From Steroidobacteraceae bacterium (GTDB lineage: Bacteria; Pseudomonadota; Gammaproteobacteria; Steroidobacterales; Steroidobacteraceae): a stretch of DNA of 64,000 bases. Numbering within the stretch: the stretch's first letter is position 1; each line of letters starts with the position of its first letter. Positions 44,782 through 53,588 of this stretch are shown in pieces. The stretch spans positions 3,414 to 67,413 of the forward strand of contig DATKPP010000069.1 in assembly GCA_035524075.1 (NCBI GenBank). Direction: 5' to 3'. The notes under the pieces were generated by a model, which did not search any database, was not told the origin of the DNA, and was given only the letters and a program-made list of their open reading frames with translations. The position numbers were made by a program, and so were the translations under genes.

Positions 44782-47295
44782 TTACTCGTGCTCGCGTTGC
44801 GGGATCAACTGGGCCGTCTTGATCGGTGTCGCTCCGCCATGCGGAGCCGGTGCGGTGCGCGTCTGGAATTGCGGGCTGTCCACGATCCCCATCACCAGCG
44901 ACCAGAATCTGTAATCGTCCTTGGCACTCGTACGCACGATCTCGCGAACCTGCGGCATGTCCCGGTAATCGAGCGTGCGGCCGAGCGCATACGTCATCAG
45001 GTTCTCGGTCAGCGCCTGCACGAACTGATCCGGATGCTCGAGCAGGACGCGCCGCACATCGCCCGGTCCGTTCACCTTGAAGCCGCCCGGTAGAACGCCC
45101 GAAGCATCGATCGGCGTGCGCGTCACGCGGTCCCGCGCGCGCCATCGGCCTACCGCATCGAAATTCTCGAACGCAAGCCCGAGCGGATCGAGGATCCCAT
45201 GACAGGAGAAGCACCGCGGGTTGTTGCGATGGGCGGCCATCTGCTCGCGAATCGTCAGGATCTTCTCGTCACTGCCGGGGGTCTTCACGTCCAGGGTCAT
45301 CTTCACGCCGGGCGGCGGAGGATCGGGCGGTGTGCCTTTGAGCCGCTCGAGGATCCACTGTCCGCGCAGGACCGGCGCCGTACGGTTCGGATACGACGTT
45401 CCCATGAGGAAGGCACCCTTCCCGAGGAGTCCGTAGCGCACCGACTGCGCAGGCGTGAGCGTCACGCGACGGAATTGATTGCCCCGGACGTCATTGATGC
45501 CGTACAGCAGCGCGAGGCGCTGGTTCAGGAACGTGTAGTTGGCCGTGAGCAGATCGACCACGTCCTGATTGCCGCGGAAGATGCTGTCCACGAACAGCTT
45601 GAGCTCGGTGCGGAAGTCCTCCCGCGGGTCGCTGACGTACGGGAAGATCTTCGGGTCCGGATTGACCTCCGCGAGCCGCTCCACGTCGAGCCACTGGAAC
45701 GCGAAATTCGAGGCAAGCGTCATCGCTCGCGGGTCTGCGAGCATGCGATGCACCTGCGCCTGCAGCACCTGAGGCTCGTGCAAGCGGTTCTCGGAGGCAA
45801 GCGTGAGCAGCTCGCTGTCGGGCACGCTGCTCCAGAGGAAGAACGAGAGCCGCGAGGCGAGCTCGAGGTCGGTGATGCGGTACTCCTCGCCGGCCTTGAC
45901 GGCCATGGGCGTCGGTTCCGCCCGGTACAGGAAGAAGGGGCTCGCCAGGATCGCGGTGATCGCCCGGCGAATGCCCTCCTCGAATCCCCCGTGCTGCAGC
46001 CCGGAGGTATAGATCGCATAGAGGGGATCGAGGTCCTGCGAGGTGACTGGACGCCGGTAGGCCTCGCGCGTGAGCCTCGAGATGATCTGCTCGGCGCACG
46101 GCCGCTGCTCGGCCGGGGTCTTCGGCATGCACGTGAAGATCCTCTCCCGGCTCGGGGTCTCGCCGAGGCCGGTGACCTTCAGGGGACCCAATACCTCGAA
46201 TGTCGCGATCCGCAGCACCTCGTCCTGGGCATCTCCCGGCTGCTCGAGCTCCAGCCGCCCTTCCGATTCGGCGAAGTCGCGATGAATGAAGGTGACCGCG
46301 ATCTGATGCGGGCCCGCGGTGGCGTGGAAGCGAATGTGCTTGAGCGTCGCATTGATCGCATCGACCGCGGGGTCCTGCTTCTGGTCGATCGCCTTGATCT
46401 GCTTCTCGCCGCCCACGACGCCTTCCCAGAATCGCTTGCCGTCGTAGGTCGCGACGATGTGATTCTCGAACTCCTGGTTGAACACCCAGAGCGCGGCGGC
46501 AAGGTTGCCGATGTTGAGCTCATAATCGCCATCGGCGGGGAAAACATGCGTCACCTGAAAGCCGCCCCGAGTACCAAGAGGCAGCCCGGGCTCGTGGAAG
46601 AACTGCGAGCCATTCTCCGGCCCGGCGTGATACTGCGTGCCGACCGATGTTGCATCGCGGTTGCCGACCGCCTGGATCGCGACCTGGCGCGCGGCTGAAA
46701 GATACTGGCCCAGGAACGAGGAGGACACCTGCAGCACGCCGGCGATGTTGTCATAGCCGCCCGCCTGGTCGTCCGGGGGCAACAGCCGATCCGGATCGAC
46801 CTTCACCCGCAGCAGATCCCACACCGCATTGGCGTATTCCTTGCGGTTCAGGCGATGCAGGGCGACCGAGCCCGCGTACGGGTGCGGGGCCGCCGCGCGG
46901 TCGATGGTGCCTTCCATCCACTGGACGAACTGATCCACCGCGGCCTCGGGGGGCTGAGGATGGCCCGGTGGGGGCATCAGATGCCCGTTCAGGTGATTGA
47001 TCGCCTTTTCCCAGGTTTGCGAATCGCTCGGAATCTGCGACGGGCTCATCGTGTCGAAGGCGATGCCGCCGGCCCAGTCGTCGGTGTTGTGGCACTTGCT
47101 GCAGTACTGCTTGAGGAACCCCCAGTACTGCCGCGCCTGACCATCGGCCATCGCGCCCGTTGCATCACCGGCCGGAGCGGTAGCGCTCGCGCTCGTGGTG
47201 TCGCCCGGGGACTGCCCCGGGGCGCTCCAGGCGGGCAGCATCACGCCGCACGCCATCGCGGCAAGCAGGAACCGGCTCAGCTGTCGATTGGTCAT
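44782..47295 (-). CDS. DUF1592/DUF1588/DUF1585-type di-haem c protein (cassette 2)
   Basis: Signal MTNRQLSRFLLAAMACGVMLPAWSA. YCSKCHNTDDWAGGIAF (47089-47103) and RCFSCHGILDPLGLAFENFD. Collinear with 35036..37489. Confidence 0.75.
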   Translation of the reverse strand: MTNRQLSRFLLAAMACGVMLPAWSAPGQSPGDTTSASATAPAGDATGAMADGQARQYWGFLKQYCSKCHNTDDWAGGIAFDTMSPSQIPSDSQTWEKAINHLNGHLMPPPGHPQPPEAAVDQFVQWMEGTIDRAAAPHPYAGSVALHRLNRKEYANAVWDLLRVKVDPDRLLPPDDQAGGYDNIAGVLQVSSSFLGQYLSAARQVAIQAVGNRDATSVGTQYHAGPENGSQFFHEPGLPLGTRGGFQVTHVFPADGDYELNIGNLAAALWVFNQEFENHIVATYDGKRFWEGVVGGEKQIKAIDQKQDPAVDAINATLKHIRFHATAGPHQIAVTFIHRDFAESEGRLELEQPGDAQDEVLRIATFEVLGPLKVTGLGETPSRERIFTCMPKTPAEQRPCAEQIISRLTREAYRRPVTSQDLDPLYAIYTSGLQHGGFEEGIRRAITAILASPFFLYRAEPTPMAVKAGEEYRITDLELASRLSFFLWSSVPDSELLTLASENRLHEPQVLQAQVHRMLADPRAMTLASNFAFQWLDVERLAEVNPDPKIFPYVSDPREDFRTELKLFVDSIFRGNQDVVDLLTANYTFLNQRLALLYGINDVRGNQFRRVTLTPAQSVRYGLLGKGAFLMGTSYPNRTAPVLRGQWILERLKGTPPDPPPPGVKMTLDVKTPGSDEKILTIREQMAAHRNNPRCFSCHGILDPLGLAFENFDAVGRWRARDRVTRTPIDASGVLPGGFKVNGPGDVRRVLLEHPDQFVQALTENLMTYALGRTLDYRDMPQVREIVRTSAKDDYRFWSLVMGIVDSPQFQTRTAPAPHGGATPIKTAQLIPQREHE

Positions 47296-47471
47296 CAGTC
47301 TCGTCCCCGCCCATGATGCGGCACCGAAATATCATATCGCCGCCTGCACGCCCTGGTCCCGGAAGGTCACGGACTGTGCCGGACAGGTCATAAAATGCGC
47401 GGCTCGCGCCACCAATAGTACCCATTACGTCACCTGGCAGGCCGCCGCCAGTTGCCAAGCACCCGATCGAT

Positions 47472-47490
47472 CGGTCAACGTTCGTCTCGG
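47472..47490 (-). promoter_or_regulatory. Candidate shared cis-element upstream of cassette 2 (CCGAGAC-N3-CGTTGACCG on the operon strand)
   Basis: Plus strand cggtcaacg-ttc-gtctcgg, 177-195 nt upstream of the DUF1592-type start and 33-51 nt upstream of the divergent MBL start. Confidence 0.25.
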
Positions 47491-47522
47491 CGCGCGCCTT
47501 AGTCTCGAGTCGAGGTCGAGTC

Positions 47523-48467
47523 ATGATACGTTCGGTAGACCGCAGGGGCTTCCTCAAGACGCTGGTGGGAGGTACCGCCGCGGCATCGCTTGGTGGCCTC
47601 GCCGCCTCGGCCCGAGCCCGGGCGGCCGAGCCCAATGCCGCCATCGAGATCCAGAAGCTCGGCGAGGGCCTGTGGATCTACACCGGTGATGGTGGAAATG
47701 TGCTCGTTGCGCGCGCTGGCGACGGTCTTGCACTGGTCGATGGCGGGCTCCCGGAGCGCTCGCACGAGCTGCTCGATCGCATTCGCCACGAAACCGGCGC
47801 CGAGCGCATCCACACGCTCTTCAACACCCACTGGCATCCATGCCAGACGGGCTCCAACGGGCCGATCGGAGATCAAGGCGCAACGATCATCGCGCACGAG
47901 AACACGCGGCTGTGGCTTTGCTACGCGAATCCCGTTCCCGAGGAGACCCGCACCTACGGTCCTCTGCCACCCAAAGCGCGTCCGAACAAGACGTTCTTCT
48001 ACAAGACCGAGCAGGTGAGCGTGGGGAACGAGCCCGTCGAGTACGGCTATCTGCTGCAGGCCCACACCGACGGTGACATTTACGTGCACTTCAAGAAGGC
48101 GAACGTCATCGCGGCGGGCGGCGTCGTGTCGGGCGCCGGATGGCCGATCATCGATTTCCACACCGGCGGGTGGATCGTCGGGATGACGCAGGGACTCGAG
48201 AGTCTGATCAATGTCGCCGATGATGCCACCCGCATCGTGCCGGCCCACGGCCCCGTGCTCACGAAGGCCGATCTCATCGCACAGCACACGATGTACTCGA
48301 CGATCTCGGCGCGCCTGGAGCGGTCGATCCGCAAAGGTCTTGGACCGGACGAGGTGGTCGCGCTCGATCCGACGGCCGAGTTCAATGCGCAATGGGGCGA
48401 CCCGAAGGCGTTCGTGAGGATGGCGTTCCAGAGCCTCTGGGGACACTTCGCGCCCGATGCATCGTGA
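47523..48467 (+). CDS. Tat-exported metallo-beta-lactamase-fold protein with degenerate metal motif (cassette 2, inverted)
   Basis: MIRSVDRRGFLKTLVGGTAAASLGGLAASARARA Tat signal. Collinear with 37489..38469, but motif 2 reads HWHPCQ (47829-47846). Confidence 0.8.
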   Translation: MIRSVDRRGFLKTLVGGTAAASLGGLAASARARAAEPNAAIEIQKLGEGLWIYTGDGGNVLVARAGDGLALVDGGLPERSHELLDRIRHETGAERIHTLFNTHWHPCQTGSNGPIGDQGATIIAHENTRLWLCYANPVPEETRTYGPLPPKARPNKTFFYKTEQVSVGNEPVEYGYLLQAHTDGDIYVHFKKANVIAAGGVVSGAGWPIIDFHTGGWIVGMTQGLESLINVADDATRIVPAHGPVLTKADLIAQHTMYSTISARLERSIRKGLGPDEVVALDPTAEFNAQWGDPKAFVRMAFQSLWGHFAPDAS

Positions 48468-48470
48468 GCT

Positions 48471-48494
48471 CGGCGCCGCGACGCCGCGGCGCCG
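48471..48494. terminator. 10-bp all-GC perfect hairpin between convergent genes
   Basis: cggcgccgcg-acgc-cgcggcgccg. No T-run. Confidence 0.4.
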
Positions 48495-48500
48495 CGCCGC

Positions 48501-49499
48501 TCAGGGGCCCTCGACGGTGTAGCCCTTGGCGCGCAGCACGGCGAGCGTGCCGTTGGTTCCGATGAGATCGTAGATCGGCTTCATCGCAAGCGTCGTGCGA
48601 TTCTTGGCGAGCGCAGTCTCCAGAGCGGCCTGCCAGTCCTCGCCCGCGCGATCGATGAGTGCCTTGATCTCCGGAGCGCTCGCCGCGGCGCTGGTGCACA
48701 CCTCGCGCTGGCGCGGATAGGGAAGCTTGCGCAGCGCATCCACGTCCCCGAGCGACCAGGCTTGCGCGCGAGCCTGCATGGCATCGAGGTCGGTTTCCAG
48801 CCGATCGACGGTCGCCGCGAGGCAGGCGATCTCCGCGGCGCGCGGGATCTCGCCCACCTCCGTGAGAATGCCCTTCGGATCGGTCAGCCGGATGGAGGTT
48901 CGCTCGATCGGCACGTTGTGACGCCGCGCGAGCTGGAATACCTCATCCTGGATATCGTTGCGAGAGGTAAGCTGCGAGGCGCTGAGGGCGCGCTCGTACA
49001 GGCGCCGCGCAGCGAACATCGGGCGCAGCTCCTCGATCCGGCCGTCATGCGCATCGAAGCGCGTCTTCATCGCCGTGAAGCGCGCATACAGAGCCGGTGA
49101 GAGCCAGCTGCGCAAATCCGCCTTCTCGGGAATTCGCTCGGTGCGCCGATACTGCAAGTAAAGCTTGATGATGGAGATCGGACCGACGTTCGCGCTGACC
49201 GAGGGTGCACCCGCCAGGACCTCTTGCGCAACGGCCACCACCTGCTCCACCTGGCGGGATCTCCACTTCATCCGCTTGGGCAGCGGATCGAGCGTGCCGA
49301 GGAGCCACACGACGTGGTCGCCCTTCGACACGCGCCACAGACTCGGTCCTGGCCGCTCGCCGGTCACCTCGACCTGCTGCACGCCCTGATCCTCGGGCGG
49401 CGTCTCCTGGGCGAGCGCAGGCCCCCGGTGCGCGAGCCCGAGCAGCACGGCACCGAGAATCCTCGCTAGAGCCTTGGCGCCGCGGCTTCCCGCTCTCAC
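48501..49499 (-). CDS. TraB/GumN-family protein, exported
   Basis: GTG 49499 overlaps the upstream TGA (GTGA). Signal RILGAVLLGLAHRGPALAQ. PSLWRVSKGDHVVWLLGTLD resembles the GumN/TraB N-terminal signature. The track ORF extends to 49664. Confidence 0.6.
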   Translation of the reverse strand: MRAGSRGAKALARILGAVLLGLAHRGPALAQETPPEDQGVQQVEVTGERPGPSLWRVSKGDHVVWLLGTLDPLPKRMKWRSRQVEQVVAVAQEVLAGAPSVSANVGPISIIKLYLQYRRTERIPEKADLRSWLSPALYARFTAMKTRFDAHDGRIEELRPMFAARRLYERALSASQLTSRNDIQDEVFQLARRHNVPIERTSIRLTDPKGILTEVGEIPRAAEIACLAATVDRLETDLDAMQARAQAWSLGDVDALRKLPYPRQREVCTSAAASAPEIKALIDRAGEDWQAALETALAKNRTTLAMKPIYDLIGTNGTLAVLRAKGYTVEGP

Positions 49500-50724
49500 A
49501 CCGCGTGCTCCGCGGCCGTTGCCGGCCGCCCGAGCAGCCGACCGCGCGCTCGCGCGGGTTGCCCGGCGGCACGCGGCACCAGGCGCAGCAGCGTGATCTC
49601 CGAGGGCGCGCCGAAGCGCTTGGGTGGGCCCCAGTAGCCGGTGCCGCGGCTGATGTAAACCCACAAACGCTCGAGCCGATGCAGTCCCGCGGTGAAGGGC
49701 TGCTGGAACCTGACGAAGAACATCCAGGGCCAGAACTGTCCGCCATGGGTGTGCCCGGAGAGCTGCAGATCGAAACCGGCACGTGCCGCGGCCGGCGCGG
49801 AGCGTGGCTGATGGGCGAGCAGAATCCGCGCCGCTGCATCGCTCGGCGCACCGCGGAGCGCGCCCTGGGGATCGCTCTTCTGGGTCGCATCGAACCGGTG
49901 CGCGCTGAAGTCCGTGACCCCGGCCACGATCACGCGGGCGCCATGATGCTCGATCACGACGTGCTCGTTCATGAGCACGCGCAGACCCAGCCGCGCGAAC
50001 TCGGCTCTCCAGGCCGGCTCCCCGGAGTAGTACTCGTGATTCCCCGTCACCAGGAACGCGCCGTACCGCGCCTTGAGCTGCGCCAGCGGCGCGGTGTGCG
50101 ATGCAAGCTCATCCACCGACCCGTCCACCACATCGCCGGTCACGGCAACCAGGTCGGCGCCGAGCTCGTTCACGGCCGCGACGATCGCCGCGACGTAGTT
50201 GCGCTTGATCGTGCGCCCCACGTGCACATCGCTCACCTGCGCGATCGAGAACCCGTGCAGCGCAGGCGGCAGCTCGGCGAGTGGCACCTCCACCTCAACG
50301 ATTCGTGCCCGTCTGCGCGCATTGAAGAATCCGACCGCGGTGGCCACAGCCGCGAGCGCCACGACGGTGCTCGCCGAGGCGGCCCGCAGCAGCCGAGCGT
50401 CGGGCGTTGCGATCACCAGCTCGAAGGGCAGCAGCAGCACATCGCGCAAGAGCGCAAGCACACACAGGCTCGAGAACCAGCCGGTGGCGAATAGACCCAC
50501 GGAGGCGATGCGGTCGGACCAGGCGCGACTGCGTATCCGGCGCGCCTCGAGCCCAAGCATCATGGCGGTGAAGCCCGCGGTGAGCAACGCCACCCCGGCC
50601 AGCCGCTCGTCGAGCCCGATCGGCAGATCCGGCAGAATCCGCCAGCCGACGTAGGCATGCAGCAGTCCGAGAATGGCGATCAGGACGAGTTGACGTCGGC
50701 GGGCGCTCACGAGGGTGGTCACAC
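49496..50724 (-). CDS. Membrane-anchored metallophosphoesterase (calcineurin-like)
   Basis: N-terminal TM helices, then QVSDVHVG, VTGDVVDG, GNHEYY and GHTHGGQ phosphoesterase motifs. Start uncertain: GTG 50724, GTG 50710 or TTG 50800. Confidence 0.8.
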
Positions 50725-50775
50725 TATCCGAAACGGCGCACGCCGTGCGCCCTGCAGGATAACTTGCGCTCCTAT

Positions 50776-52161
50776 ATGGGACTTCGATCACACGCTTCAA
50801 CCCAGACCGACGGCCTGCCCGTGCCGCGCCGCTACTGGGCGATCGCCGCCATCGTGCTTGCGATCAGCATGTCGGTGCTGGACAGCAGCATCGCGAACGT
50901 CGCGCTGCCGACCATCGCACGCGAGTTTCACGAGTCGGCTGCGACGTCGATCTGGGTCATCAACGCCTATCAGATCGCCATTCTCGTCTCGCTGCTGCCC
51001 CTGTCCGCACTCGGGGAGATCGTCGGATACCGGCGCATATCGCAGGCGGGTCTCGCGGTATTCACGGCGGCCTCGATTGCCTGTGCGCTCGCGCCGTCGA
51101 TGGTTGCGCTGGTCGGGGCGCGCATCGTCCAGGGCTTCGGCGCGGCCGGGATCATGAGCGTCAACGCGGCGCTGGTTCGCTTCACCTACCCGCAGCGCCT
51201 GCTCGGCCGCGCGGTCGGCCTGAATGCCTTCGCGGTCGCGACCTCTGCGGCCATCGGCCCCACCATCGCGGCGGGAATCCTGGCCGTCGCGCCGTGGCGC
51301 TGGCTGTTCGCGGTGAACGGTCCGATCGGAGTGGTGACACTCGCGATTGCGAGCGTTGCGCTTCCGGCCACCGAGCGCAGCACCCGGCCCTTCAACTGGG
51401 CGAGCGCCGCGCTGCATGCAGGCACCTTCGGGCTCATCGCGAGCGGTCTGCAGAGCCTTGCGCACGATGCCGCCACCGGGCTTGCAGTCGCTCAGATCTG
51501 TTGCGGGTGTCTCCTCGCCCTGATCCTCGCGCGGCACGAGCTCGAGCGCGAGGCCCCCCTCATCCCTTTCGACCTCTTGCGGATCCGGCTGTTCTCACTT
51601 TCGATCCTCACCTCGGTCTGCTCGTTCATGGGCCAGGCGACGGCGCTCGTCGCACTGCCGTTCGAGATTCAGCGTCTGGGACACACCGCAGTGCAGACCG
51701 GGCTTTTCATGACACCCTGGTCCCTCGGGATCGCCTTGACCGCCCCGATTGCGGGGCGACTATCCGACCGGCTCTCGGCCGGTCTGCTCGGAGGCGCGGG
51801 GCTTGCGACCATGTCGTGCGGCCTGGTGCTGCTGGCGCTGCTACCCCAGGGGGCCTCGGGGCCCGAGCTCATCTGGCGCATGGCGCTTTGCGGAATCGGC
51901 TTCGGGCTCTTTCAGTCTCCCAACAATCGCACGCTGATCCTGTCGGCGCCGCGCGCCCGTGCCGGCGCGGCCGGCGGGATGCTCAGCACCGCGCGCCTGC
52001 TCGGCCAGACGATCGGCGCCGCCGGCGTTGCGATCGTGTTTCGCGCCTATCCCGGCAGGGGGTCGAATGTCGCGCTGGTCATCGCCTCGGCCATTGCCTT
52101 GCTCGCAGCGCTGGTGAGCACGTTGCGCCTGAACGCGCGCCCCGTGATGGCCGAGCCGTGA
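50776..52161 (+). CDS. MFS transporter, DHA2 (EmrB/QacA-like) family
   Basis: MSVLDSSIANVALPTIAREF and LGEIVGYRR motifs, with many TM segments. ATG 50776 lies inside track ORF 50764..52161. Confidence 0.8.
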   Translation: MGLRSHASTQTDGLPVPRRYWAIAAIVLAISMSVLDSSIANVALPTIAREFHESAATSIWVINAYQIAILVSLLPLSALGEIVGYRRISQAGLAVFTAASIACALAPSMVALVGARIVQGFGAAGIMSVNAALVRFTYPQRLLGRAVGLNAFAVATSAAIGPTIAAGILAVAPWRWLFAVNGPIGVVTLAIASVALPATERSTRPFNWASAALHAGTFGLIASGLQSLAHDAATGLAVAQICCGCLLALILARHELEREAPLIPFDLLRIRLFSLSILTSVCSFMGQATALVALPFEIQRLGHTAVQTGLFMTPWSLGIALTAPIAGRLSDRLSAGLLGGAGLATMSCGLVLLALLPQGASGPELIWRMALCGIGFGLFQSPNNRTLILSAPRARAGAAGGMLSTARLLGQTIGAAGVAIVFRAYPGRGSNVALVIASAIALLAALVSTLRLNARPVMAEP

Positions 52162-52174
52162 GGTTCCCCCCCGA

Positions 52175-52201
52175 CCGCGGGCCAGTGAGTCCGCGGGCCA
52201 G
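52175..52201. promoter_or_regulatory. 11-nt perfect direct repeat (ccgcgggccag x2, 5-nt spacer) upstream of the dioxygenase gene
   Basis: ccgcgggccag-tgagt-ccgcgggccag, 65-91 nt upstream of ATG 52266. Each unit contains the palindrome ccgcgg. Confidence 0.3.
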
Positions 52202-52265
52202 CTAGAATGAGCGCGCGAGCGGGACTCTCGGCACGAGACCACCCGGGCGCGGATATTCAGGAGTT

Positions 52266-53588
52266 ATGTTCATGGCCACGATCGTGGGCGGAATCGCGAC
52301 ATCCCATACGCCGACCATCGGCTTTGCGCTCGATACCGGGAAGCAGCGCGACCCGGTGTGGGCACCGATTTTCGAGGGCTACAAGCCGGTGCAGCAGTGG
52401 CTCGCCGACCGGCGGCCCGATGTGCTCTTCTTCATCTACAACGACCACGTCACGTCCTTCTTCTTCGATCATTACTCGCACTTTGCGCTGGGCGTGGGCG
52501 ATCGCTTCTGGCCCGCGGACGAGGGGGGCGGACCGCGGCGGCTGCCGCCCATCAAGGGCCATCCCGCACTGGCGCGCCACATCGCGGCAGGATTGGTCGC
52601 CGACGAGTTCGACCTGTCCTATTTTCAGGCGAAGGGGCTCGATCACGGTTGCTTCTCGCCGCTCTCGCTGCTGTGGCCGCACGAGCAGGACTGGCCCGGA
52701 GCGATCGTGCCACTCCAGGTCGGCGTCCTCGAGTTCCCGATCCCCTCGGCGCTGCGCTGCTACAAGCTCGGACGCTCCCTGCGCAAGGCGATCCAGAGCT
52801 ATCCGGAGGACCTCAAAGTCGCGCTCGTGGGTACCGGCGGACTGTCGCATCAAGTGCATGGCGAGCGCGCCGGCTTCAACAACACCCCCTGGGACATGGA
52901 GTTCCTCGAGCTGCTGGAGAGGGATCCGCAGCGACTCACCGAGATCACGATCGCTCAGTACGCGGAGCGTGGCGGATTTGAAGGCTCCGAGGTCATCATG
53001 TGGCTCATCATGCGAGGCGCGCTCTCGAGGAAGGTGAGAAAGCTCCATCAAGCGTATTACCTGCCATCCATGACTCCGATCGCAACCGTCATCTACGAGG
53101 ATGCCGAGAGCGATCCCGCCGATGAGCCCGCCGCGGCGTATCGCGAGCGCATCGACCGGCAGTGGACCGGGATCGAGAAGCTGCAGGGCACGTATCCCTT
53201 CACGCTCGAGCGCAGCGTCCGGGCGTATCGGATCAACGAGTTCCTGCACCGGCTGATCGTCCCCGAGCACCGCCGTCGCTTTCTCTCCGATCCCGAGCCC
53301 ATGTTCGAGGAGGCTGCGCTCACCCAGGAGGAGCGCGACATGATCCGGCGGCGCGACTGGCGCGCTCTGATCCACTACGGAGTCATTTTCTTTCTGCTCG
53401 AGAAGCTCGGCGCGGTGGTCGGGACGACCAATCTGCACATCTACGCTGCCATGCGCGGGCAATCGCTCGAGGATTTTCAAAAGACCCGCAACGCGCAGGT
53501 GCTCTACTCCGTCGCCGGACAGGACGAGGGCAAGACCGACTGGGACCGGCAGCCCTCGGGAGGCTCGCCCGGCCTGCCGCCCGGGTGA
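52266..53588 (+). CDS. galA: Gallate dioxygenase-like extradiol dioxygenase (fused LigB-type catalytic and LigA-type domains)
   Basis: IVGGIATSHTPTIGFALD...FFIYNDHVTSFFFDHYS...LDHGCFSPLSLL...GTGGLSHQVHGERAGFNN (class III extradiol), plus C-terminal YRINEFLHRLIVPEHRRRFLSDPE...LIHYGVIFFLLEKL (LigA-like). 440 aa, as in fused GalA enzymes. Confidence 0.75.
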   Translation: MFMATIVGGIATSHTPTIGFALDTGKQRDPVWAPIFEGYKPVQQWLADRRPDVLFFIYNDHVTSFFFDHYSHFALGVGDRFWPADEGGGPRRLPPIKGHPALARHIAAGLVADEFDLSYFQAKGLDHGCFSPLSLLWPHEQDWPGAIVPLQVGVLEFPIPSALRCYKLGRSLRKAIQSYPEDLKVALVGTGGLSHQVHGERAGFNNTPWDMEFLELLERDPQRLTEITIAQYAERGGFEGSEVIMWLIMRGALSRKVRKLHQAYYLPSMTPIATVIYEDAESDPADEPAAAYRERIDRQWTGIEKLQGTYPFTLERSVRAYRINEFLHRLIVPEHRRRFLSDPEPMFEEAALTQEERDMIRRRDWRALIHYGVIFFLLEKLGAVVGTTNLHIYAAMRGQSLEDFQKTRNAQVLYSVAGQDEGKTDWDRQPSGGSPGLPPG

